Assembly: GCA_027491355.1 (NCBI GenBank) | Contig: JAIXWI010000006.1 | Span: forward strand, 318 to 64,317 | From: Bacteroidota bacterium | Lineage (GTDB): Bacteria; Bacteroidota; Bacteroidia; UKL13-3 | Reading direction: 5' to 3' | DNA length: 64,000 nt | Part shown: positions 1 through 6,877 of the stretch, piece by piece | Numbering within the stretch: the stretch's first letter is position 1 | How the letters are laid out: the number at the start of each line of letters is the position of its first letter | Made by a program: the position numbers and the translations under genes | Notes under the pieces: generated by a model | Seen by the model: only the letters and a program-made list of their open reading frames with translations | Told to the model about the DNA's origin: nothing | Database searches by the model: none

Positions 1-190
1 TGAATGGATTGCCAGAACCCATTAATAAAACTTGTCTTAACAAGTGTTTTGATTGGTTTGAAACAAGAATTAGTTAGGAGTGTGAATGGTTTTTGATGGG
101 TGGGGGGAATGAAGGTTTGTATTATTAGAAAATAACTAGTATTAATTTAGAGAGTGATGTTTTCTTTGATATTTAGAATTAGTAACGTTA

Positions 191-1125
191 TTATTTAGTG
201 AAATAAACTACTCCAAACAAGGATATAGTTAATAAGATAATTATCAGCATTACTTTTTTAAAGTACCAATTAAATGTCAGATCTGTTTCGTTTGGATTTT
301 CAGCTAAATTCAAGATGCTGTCAAGGAAATTATTTATTACTTTAATAATTCGATTTTTGAATTCGATTTTTAAAATCTTTCCATCTTTAACAGTTATAAT
401 TTTAAAATAATTGAAATCAATTATTGCTTCTTCTATCAATTTACCATTAATCACAACTAAATCACCATTGTTTATTTTATATATGTTTTGATGTCTAATA
501 AAAATTTCTTCTCCATTTTTAGTAATGTATTTTTTCTCTTTCAGGAATATTTTTTTAATCTCACCATTCTGTATTTGATAATATACATTTCCATTTTCAA
601 GTTGATAGATGCCGTCAACTATTGGTAAGCCATCTTCTGTTGCCTTTGAACCTATTGTGACTTCGTCATTTCCCTTATTTGGTTCTACTTCTATTATTCT
701 TCTGCCCTTAATTGGTATTTTTATAATTCTTAACTTTTCAATACGAATAGTATTCAAATATTTTTTAACGGATTCAACGGAGTTTATTTCAATGTCATAA
801 ACTTCTTTTTTTATAAATACAGCATATTCCATCTTAGATTGAAGTTTAAGGGCCAATATATTTTCATTGATGAAACCATGACTGAAAATAAAACCTGCTC
901 CACTTACTTCAATAAAAATTGTATTTGGATCAATAAAATCCCATTTAGTAGTTTCAACTACTATACTGTTATTAGAAATTAAAAGTTCTTTGTTACACTA
1001 ATTAAACTATTGGGGTTTTGCTCTTCAAGTAGTACCCATTGTTTATTTTCTAATAAGGTCAAATTATTTAGTCTTTCAGAAAATCTTTGAATGCTTGGTA
1101 TTATGTCTAGTAAATACGTAATCAT
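191..1125 (-). pseudogene. Frameshifted hypothetical protein with C-terminal membrane anchor
   Basis: ATG at 1125 opens a 48-aa frame (MITYLLDIIPSIQRFSERLNNLTLLENKQWVLL...) that stops at 979-981. A second frame is open from 997 to 191 and contains the listed 221-aa ORF (...KELLISNN...KWDFID...FSHGFINENILALKLQSKMEYAVF...). The two frames overlap at 982-997. Hydrophobic C-terminus VMLIIILLTISLFGVVYF. Confidence 0.6.
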
Positions 1126-1269
1126 TTTAATTTAAAATAAATTTTAATATGGATTTTAGCCATTAAAGTGGTTAGTGGAACAATTGGGTAGTCACCTATT
1201 CCAAATATACAATTTAATAGTAAGATGTAAATGAAAAGGGTAAACGGAAGCTACGTTTCTTTCAAAAAA

Positions 1270-1290
1270 GTGTACCCCAAAGTGTACCCC
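1270..1290. repeat. 12-bp-period direct doublet GTGTACCCC-aaa-GTGTACCCC
   Basis: Seen directly; a near-identical doublet occurs at 2994-3013. Confidence 0.85.
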
Positions 1291-1304
1291 GATTTAATAT
1301 ATTC

Positions 1305-1390
1305 AAAAACTCTGTTTTTTTCTTGAGCAAGCTCAATTTATTTTAGGGGATAATTGTGAGTGGAGGTATTTAGTTAGCCTTCGGCCAAGT
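1305..1390. repeat. Diverged copy of the three-hairpin module (H1-H2-H3)
   Basis: H1 AAAAAC-TCT-GTTTTT (1305-1319), H2 TTGAGC-AA-GCTCAA (1323-1336), H3 TTAGCCTTCGGCCAAGT (1374-1390). Aligns with 3152-3241 with the same H1-H2 spacing. Confidence 0.75.
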
Positions 1391-1398
1391 AGTTTCAC
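1333..1398 (-). pseudogene. Probable 5' remnant of a DUF5615/PIN-like toxin gene, truncated at hairpin H3
   Basis: GTG start overlaps the DUF433 stop (GTGA) and reads MKLL, a typical start for the usual DUF433 partner, then runs into the repeat and stops after 21 aa. Confidence 0.4.
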
Positions 1399-1619
1399 GA
1401 AGCAATGAGAATTTTATGTTCTCTGTCTGCAGCATACGAAAGAGCGGCTTGAAGCTCTTCTTCTGTCAATTCAGGAAAGTCACTCAGGATATCTTGCTTT
1501 GTCATTCCAGATGCAAACCAACCCAAAATATCATAAACGCTAATTCTCTTTCCACGTATGGAAGGTCGACCAAATCTGGTCTGTGCGTTTATTGTAATTC
1601 TTTCTGAATAGTGTTTCAT
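1395..1619 (-). CDS. DUF433 family protein (VapB45-like antitoxin)
   Basis: 74 aa from ATG 1619: RITINAQTRFGRPSIRGKRISVYDILGWFASGMTKQDILSDFPELTEEELQAALSYAA matches the DUF433 pattern. The upstream extension in the ORF track overlaps fic and is probably not translated. Confidence 0.9.
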   Translation of the reverse strand: MKHYSERITINAQTRFGRPSIRGKRISVYDILGWFASGMTKQDILSDFPELTEEELQAALSYAADREHKILIAS

Positions 1620-1722
1620 ATTGCTGAGATAAAAAAAGCAAACTGGTTTTAAATTATTGGTTTTTCTTGCATAACCGCCCTTTTTTGATGTCAAGCAGTT
1701 TTCATTACATCTGTATATACTC

Positions 1723-2751
1723 TTACTCAATTATTTTCCAATATCCTGTTTTGTCACTACCAATACGTTCTATTTTTCCGTTGTCTCTAAGTTCTTTAAT
1801 TTTTCTTCTTACGGTACTTAAACTCATTTTTAAGCGTTCGCCAATTTCCTTAGCTGTTATTTTGTTGTCTTGCTCAATGAATGAAAATACAGTGTCATTT
1901 ACAGTGTCATTTTGTGGTTTTACAGTGTCATTTACAGTGTCAGCTAGAATGTGCATTTCACGGTTTTTGAGTGAAAAATTCCCTTTAAGCAGCAAGTTTG
2001 AAAGAAAGCGGATTAAGAATTTTTCTGTCCTATAAATGCCCCTTGACAAGTCTTCGTAGTTAGCTCTTACCAATGCATTTCTGAAATACCAAGAGTAGTT
2101 GGCATACAAGTCATTGTTAACGTTTTTGAATCCTAATTTTCGCAAATACTTGATTAAAAAGATAGCGGTTGTTCGTGTGTTCCCTTCGCCAAAAATGTGA
2201 ATTTGCCACAGGTTTGAAATAAAGTGAGCTATGTGTTCTATAATTTCTTGCTCGCTTAGTCCTTTGTAACTAAATTTTCTTTCTTGCTCAAAGTCGTATT
2301 CTAAGGTTGCTCTTAAACTGTCAGCACTAGCATAAAGAACAGTTTCTCCGTTCAATACCCATTCTTTTTTTGTGATGTTGTAATCACGAATTTTTCCTGC
2401 AAAATTGTAAATACCAGTAAATAACCTACGATGAATTGTCAAATAATCTGCCAGTGAAAAAGTAAAGGTTTGCTCACTCAATATTTCAGCTATTCGTGCC
2501 GAAACTTTGTCGGCTTCTTCGGTTCTGTCTTCGTCTGTTTTGGTTGGGTGTTGTAAGTAGTAACTTTCAATGCGTTTTTTTACTTCATCAATTGTGATGT
2601 CACCTTCAATATTTTGTTTGGCCGTTTCAATGAGATATTCAGAAGGTTTTAAGCCATCCACTTGTTGCAAGCCAATAGCCGTTTTCCAAACCTTCGCTTT
2701 CTCTGCTTTGTTCGGCTCACCTTGTCTTAAATATTCATCAAAGTTTTCCAT
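1723..2751 (-). CDS. Fic family protein with N-terminal VbhA-like antitoxin segment and C-terminal winged HTH
   Basis: Fic motif variant HIFGEGNTRTTAIF; N-terminal AIGLQQVDGLKPS...NIEGDIT; C-terminal ITAKEIGERLKMSLSTVRRKIKELRDNGKIERIGSDKTGYW. Confidence 0.9.
   Translation of the reverse strand: MENFDEYLRQGEPNKAEKAKVWKTAIGLQQVDGLKPSEYLIETAKQNIEGDITIDEVKKRIESYYLQHPTKTDEDRTEEADKVSARIAEILSEQTFTFSLADYLTIHRRLFTGIYNFAGKIRDYNITKKEWVLNGETVLYASADSLRATLEYDFEQERKFSYKGLSEQEIIEHIAHFISNLWQIHIFGEGNTRTTAIFLIKYLRKLGFKNVNNDLYANYSWYFRNALVRANYEDLSRGIYRTEKFLIRFLSNLLLKGNFSLKNREMHILADTVNDTVKPQNDTVNDTVFSFIEQDNKITAKEIGERLKMSLSTVRRKIKELRDNGKIERIGSDKTGYWKIIE
1889..1942 (-). repeat. In-frame 12-bp repeats encoding DTVN units in the Fic-HTH linker
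   Basis: ACAGTGTCA occurs four times; protein reads DTVNDTVKPQNDTVNDTV. Confidence 0.9.
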
Positions 2752-2993
2752 TATTTATTTTATAAAGGTCGTTTTTTTCTCTTATTCTTTGTTGTCTAAG
2801 TTAACGAATCTAACAATGGAAATTTACTGTTTTTTACTTATTTGTTATAGGGTGTAGTTAGGTTAGTAGGGTTGGCATCTAACTTAAAACTACCCAAATA
2901 AAGTTTCGAGTAATTTATTTACCGATTACCAAATTTAGGGGCATTTACTTTTTAGCTTAAGAATGGTATAAACTCAAATAGATTTTTAAAAGG

Positions 2994-3013
2994 TGTACCC
3001 CAAAATGTACCCC
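2994..3013. repeat. 12-bp-period direct doublet TGTACCCC-aaaa-TGTACCCC
   Basis: Seen directly; second copy of the 1270-1290 doublet, about 35 bp before hairpin H3 at 3048. Confidence 0.85.
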
Positions 3014-3045
3014 AATGGATTTTGAATAACGATAGATTGTTTTAC

Positions 3046-3064
3046 ACTTAGCCTTCGGCCAAGT
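3046..3064. repeat. Hairpin repeat H3 (ACTTAGCC-TTC-GGCCAAGT)
   Basis: 17-bp core identical to 1374-1390. Confidence 0.9.
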
Positions 3065-3082
3065 ATAGGGTAAACTTAAAAT

Positions 3083-3103
3083 TGTTTCAGTAATGTTTCA
3101 GTA
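3083..3103. repeat. 11-bp-period direct doublet TGTTTCAGTA-a-TGTTTCAGTA
   Basis: Seen directly; precedes the H3 copy at 3127. Confidence 0.85.
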
Positions 3104-3126
3104 GCGAGTTGTTGAAGGTATGTTGC

Positions 3127-3340
3127 TTAGCCTTCGGCTAAGTTGTCAATCAAAAGCAATGCTTTTTTCCTGTGCAAGCACAGTTCATTTCAATACAGTA
3201 TTTGATAAATTGGCAGGAGGGATTTTAGCCTGCGGCTAAGTTGTCAATCAAAAGCAATGCTTTTTTCCTGTGCAAGCACAGTTCATTTCAATACGGTATT
3301 TGATAAATTGGCAGGAGGGATTTTAGCCTGCGGCTAAGTT
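3127..3340. repeat. Tandem 98-bp duplication bounded by three H3 hairpins
   Basis: H3 starts at 3127, 3225 and 3323. The two units differ at two positions (loop T/G; aatacAgt vs aatacGgt). Each unit contains H1 AAAAGC-AAT-GCTTTT and H2 CTGTGC-AA-GCACAG. Confidence 0.95.
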
Positions 3341-3353
3341 CCCTCCTGCCAAT
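3307..3353. repeat. Long inverted repeat ATTGGCAGGAGGGA...TCCCTCCTGCCAAT enclosing H3
   Basis: 14-bp perfect outer arms plus an inner TTAGCC/GGCTAA stem with a 3-nt loop. Confidence 0.9.
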
Positions 3354-3369
3354 GCAGCCATAACAAAGC

Positions 3370-3393
3370 CACTGCTAACGCAGTGCTTTTTTT
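3370..3393 (+). terminator. Terminator-like hairpin facing the tRNA
   Basis: CACTGC-TAAC-GCAGTG followed by C and T7. Confidence 0.45.
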
Positions 3394-3439
3394 GTTCTCA
3401 AATGCTTGTTTGTGCGAGCACAACGCGCATTTTTCGAAC

Positions 3440-3471
3440 AAAAAAAGGCCCAATTTTTCAATTGGGCCTTT
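3440..3471 (-). terminator. Rho-independent terminator of tRNA-Phe
   Basis: AAAGGCCCAATT-TTTC-AATTGGGCCTTT stem; A7 on the plus strand gives the U-tract on the minus strand, 12 nt past the tRNA 3' end. Confidence 0.85.
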
Positions 3472-3482
3472 GTTCTTTCATG

Positions 3483-3555
3483 TGGTGTGGGAGGGAATCG
3501 AACCCCCGACACAAAGATTTTCAGTCTTTTGCTCTACCGACTGAGCTACCGCACC
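3483..3555 (-). tRNA. tRNA-Phe (GAA), CCA not encoded
   Basis: GGTGCGGTAGCTCAGTCGGTAGAGCAAAAGACTGAAAATCTTTGTGTCGGGGGTTCGATTCCCTCCCACACCA; 73 nt, D-loop, anticodon loop CT-GAA-AA, T-loop TTCGATT. Confidence 0.97.
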
Positions 3556-3652
3556 TTCTCTATTAGAGGAATGCGAAGGTAAACATTTTGGTATTTATTC
3601 CAAATTTTTTTAATGATTTGTTCAGGTTCAGGGCTTTTCCTTATTTTGTGCC

Positions 3653-4957
3653 ATGTATCAATCCATTCTATTTGTACTTGTTAGTGCCGTTTCGGTTTAT
3701 TTCTTTGCAAGGAATCTGGCCAAAATACGCCGCAATATTCTATTGGGTAAAGACTTAGATCTTACCGACCAACCAGGTTTGCGTCTCAAAACCATGTTAA
3801 AAGTAGCTTTTGGTCAAACTAAAATGACCAGCAGACCCATTCCTGCTTTTTTTCATTTTATAGTTTATGTCGGTTTTGTGCTCATCAATATTGAGGTGCT
3901 TGAAATTTTAATGGATGGTATTTTTGGTACACACCGTGTATTTGCAGCCTTGGGTCCTGTTTACAATATTGCCATAGGCTTTTTTGAAATCCTAGCTGCA
4001 TTGGTAACCATTGCCTGTGTGGTTTTCTTAAGCAGACGTTTCATTTACAAATTGCAACGCTTGAATGCGCCTGAATTAAAAGGTTTCCCAACCAAAGATG
4101 CTGCTGGCATTTTAATTGTTGAAATTATACTCATGGGGGCTTTGTTGAAAATGAATGCCTGTGACCAAATTTTACAAGCCAGAAACGTAGCGCATTACAT
4201 TCAAGCAGGGTCGTTTCCAGTTTCACAATTTTTAGTTCCTTTCTTTGACACATGGACTTCTGAATCATTGGTCATAATGGAAAGAATTTTTTGGTGGTTC
4301 CATATCTTGGGCATTTTCGCCTTTATGAATTACTTACCTTTCAGTAAACATTTTCATATCATTTTGGCTTTTCCTAATACCTATTACTCAAGTTTAAAAG
4401 CCAAAGGGGAACTCAACAACATGGCATCAGTTACCCAAGAGGTGCAATTGATGTTAGATCCAAGTGCTGCAACACCTCCGGGTTATACAGCCCCTTCCAG
4501 TTTTGGTGTGAAAGATGTACAAGATTTAACTTGGAAAAATTTATTAGATGCCTACAGTTGTACTGAATGTGGTAGGTGTACCAGCATGTGTCCGCAAAAT
4601 TTAACGGGTAAACTTTTGTCGCCCCGTAAAATCATGATGGATACCCGAGACCGTTTAGAAGAAGTGGGTCGCAACATAGATAAAAACGGCAGTTTTGAGC
4701 CAGACAACAAGAACTTACATTCATATATTTCTGAAGAAGAATTATGGGCTTGCAATACCTGCAATGCTTGTGTAGAAGCTTGTCCAATCAATATCAACCC
4801 AATGGAAATTATTGTAGAAATGCGCAGGTACAAAGTAATGGAAGAATCAGCTGCACCTAGCTCACTCAACAACATGTTTGCCAATTTAGAAAACAACCAA
4901 GCGCCATGGCAATTCAGCCCTTCAGACAGAGGCAATTGGATGCAAGACCTTAATTAG
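3653..4957 (+). CDS. Membrane-bound Fe-S oxidoreductase subunit (HdrE/HdrC-like, FadF N-terminal half)
   Basis: Several TM helices with His residues followed by two 4Fe-4S motifs, CTECGRCTSMCP and CNTCNACVEACP. Confidence 0.88.
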   Translation: MYQSILFVLVSAVSVYFFARNLAKIRRNILLGKDLDLTDQPGLRLKTMLKVAFGQTKMTSRPIPAFFHFIVYVGFVLINIEVLEILMDGIFGTHRVFAALGPVYNIAIGFFEILAALVTIACVVFLSRRFIYKLQRLNAPELKGFPTKDAAGILIVEIILMGALLKMNACDQILQARNVAHYIQAGSFPVSQFLVPFFDTWTSESLVIMERIFWWFHILGIFAFMNYLPFSKHFHIILAFPNTYYSSLKAKGELNNMASVTQEVQLMLDPSAATPPGYTAPSSFGVKDVQDLTWKNLLDAYSCTECGRCTSMCPQNLTGKLLSPRKIMMDTRDRLEEVGRNIDKNGSFEPDNKNLHSYISEEELWACNTCNACVEACPININPMEIIVEMRRYKVMEESAAPSSLNNMFANLENNQAPWQFSPSDRGNWMQDLN

Positions 4958-4964
4958 TACAAAA

Positions 4965-5756
4965 ATGACAACAGAATTTAAAGTTCATACATTGGCAGAA
5001 TTAGCTGCTCAAGGAAAAGAAGCCGAAATGCTATTTTGGGTGGGTTGCGCTGGTAGTTTTGACGAACGTGCACAAAAAATAACCAAAGCAGTTGCTAAGC
5101 TATTACACAAAGCAGGGGTTCAATTTGCAGTCTTGGGTACTGAAGAATCGTGTACTGGAGATCCTGCTAAAAGAGCTGGAAACGAGTTTTTATTTCAGAT
5201 GATGGCCATGCAGAACATCAGTGTTTTGAATGGGTACCAAGTAAAAAAAATTGTGACGGCTTGTCCGCATTGTTTCAATACCATCAAAAATGAATACCCT
5301 GCATTAGACGGACATTACGAAGTTTTACACCACACTACTTTATTGAACCAATTGCTCGGTGAGGGCAGGTTAAAAATAGAAGGCGGTGCTTTTAAAGGCA
5401 AACGCATTACTTACCACGACAGTTGTTATTTAGGCCGAGCCAATGAGGTATATGAAGCCCCAAGGGCATTGATAGAAAAATTAGATGCCGCTTTGGTTGA
5501 AATGAAACACAGTAAAGCACAAGGATTGTGTTGTGGTGCTGGTGGTGCCCAAATGTTTAAAGAAGCAGAACAAGGCAAACAAGAAGTAAACATGATGCGT
5601 GCAACTGAAATGCTTGAAACTGGCTCCAGTACTGTTGCTGCAGCTTGTCCGTTTTGTATGACCATGCTCAGAGATGGCATCAAAAACAACAACAAAGAAC
5701 AAGAAGTTCAAGTGCTTGATGTAGCCGAGTTGATTGCCAACGCAATGGACTTGTAA
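4965..5756 (+). CDS. Cysteine-rich CCG-domain Fe-S protein (HdrD/GlpC-like, FadF C-terminal half)
   Basis: FWVGC, ESCTG, TACPHC, YHDSCYLGR, CCGAGG, ACPFC motifs. Confidence 0.9.
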   Translation: MTTEFKVHTLAELAAQGKEAEMLFWVGCAGSFDERAQKITKAVAKLLHKAGVQFAVLGTEESCTGDPAKRAGNEFLFQMMAMQNISVLNGYQVKKIVTACPHCFNTIKNEYPALDGHYEVLHHTTLLNQLLGEGRLKIEGGAFKGKRITYHDSCYLGRANEVYEAPRALIEKLDAALVEMKHSKAQGLCCGAGGAQMFKEAEQGKQEVNMMRATEMLETGSSTVAAACPFCMTMLRDGIKNNNKEQEVQVLDVAELIANAMDL

Positions 5757-5767
5757 CAATAGCTTGC

Positions 5768-6877
5768 ATGAAAAAAGTTCTGGTTTTTTGTTTGCTTATT
5801 GGCTTTTTAAGTAGCGTAAATGCACAAGTAGACAATGTAGTTTTGACTGATCAGTTTCCTTTACAAGCTTCAGATTCTGGTCAATTTACTTTTGAAATTA
5901 ATACCAATTCATATTTCAGAAATACGGAATATTTTAACCCCATTGAATTGGGACGAACTTTGTTGGGTTATCAATTACAACCTCTCATGGCCTATCAACT
6001 CAATGCCCATGTTAAAATGCAAGCTGGTTTGTATTTAAGGAGAGATTTTGGGGCTGCAGCTGTATTTACCGAAATGCAACCAGTTTGGCGTATCAAAGCA
6101 CAAAAAGGAGCGTTTAGTATGTTGGTTGGAACTCTTGAAGGGGCTTTAACACATGGTTTTCATGAACCAATTTTTGATGTCAACCGATACATTGAAAGGC
6201 GCAATGAAGAAGGGTTACAATTTAAAATTCAAAATCAACAAACCTTCCTAGATTTATTCATTGATTGGAGCCGTTATATTTCTAGAAGTTCAAATGAACA
6301 AGAAAAATTTGTAGTGGGTTTGCATGCCAAACGTAACCTTTTGCCCAAAGCAAATAGGTTTAAAATCATCCCAGATTTACAAATTATTGGTAAGCACCAT
6401 GGAGGGCAAATTGGCAGCAATAACGATCCTGTTACTATGCGCTGGAATACTGCATTGGGTATCCGATTCGAACAAGGCAATGTTTATCAAAAAGGTTTTT
6501 TTGATGTCAATTACCTTACCTACTCAGAGCCTGATAAATCAGGTTTATGGCCAAGCCATTCAGGTTATGCTTACCTGTCTAGTTTAGGTGTTCAAAAAGG
6601 TGCTTTAACTTTATCTAGTACACTGTATTTGGGCAATCAATTTTTGGCACCCATTGGTACGCCCATTTATGCTTCACAATCAATAGAAAATCCAAAAGTT
6701 TACCAAGCTGAAAGAAAATTATGTTACCTGAGATTGTTATACGAAAAACCTTTGATGAAGAGTCAAATCAAAACATCACTCAGGTTAGAGCCAGTTTATG
6801 ATCTTAACAATGACTTATTTGATTATAGTTACTCACTGTATTTGGTGTACAATTTTAGCCACAAGCTTTCTAAATAA
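5768..6877 (+). CDS. Hypothetical exported protein, probable outer-membrane beta-barrel
   Basis: Signal peptide MKKVLVFCLLIGFLSSVNA; amphipathic aromatic-rich strands; C-terminal YSYSLYLVYNF. Confidence 0.6.
   Translation: MKKVLVFCLLIGFLSSVNAQVDNVVLTDQFPLQASDSGQFTFEINTNSYFRNTEYFNPIELGRTLLGYQLQPLMAYQLNAHVKMQAGLYLRRDFGAAAVFTEMQPVWRIKAQKGAFSMLVGTLEGALTHGFHEPIFDVNRYIERRNEEGLQFKIQNQQTFLDLFIDWSRYISRSSNEQEKFVVGLHAKRNLLPKANRFKIIPDLQIIGKHHGGQIGSNNDPVTMRWNTALGIRFEQGNVYQKGFFDVNYLTYSEPDKSGLWPSHSGYAYLSSLGVQKGALTLSSTLYLGNQFLAPIGTPIYASQSIENPKVYQAERKLCYLRLLYEKPLMKSQIKTSLRLEPVYDLNNDLFDYSYSLYLVYNFSHKLSK

Noticed and set aside
37-50. TTAACAAGTGTTTT as a second PaaR operator
   Set aside because: The outer palindrome positions are broken and no paa gene is visible nearby.
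97-113. TGGGTGGGGGGAATGAA as a degenerate attR copy of the tRNA-Phe 3' end
   Set aside because: Needs three separate single-base gaps to align with TGGTGTGGGAGGGAATCGAA and is low-complexity; too weak to call.
1374-1390. H3 as a cUUCGg RNA tetraloop on the plus strand
   Set aside because: The stem does not extend in the tetraloop register, and two copies have TGCG in place of TTCG; the triloop register fits all copies.
1620-1730. 37-aa N-terminal extension of the DUF433 ORF
   Set aside because: Overlaps the fic stop and lies outside the DUF433 domain; ATG 1619 gives the normal size. Similar over-long starts were trimmed for crtI, purQ, suhB, prfC, trxA, gcvH and others.
3048-3340. Possible CRISPR array (palindromic repeats at regular spacing)
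   Set aside because: Repeats are only 17 bp, the two 81-bp intervening segments are near-identical rather than unique spacers, and no cas genes are in the window.
1-3480. Intact prophage, ICE or IS element
   Set aside because: No integrase, transposase, relaxase or phage gene, and no clear terminal inverted repeats with target duplication, in the window.
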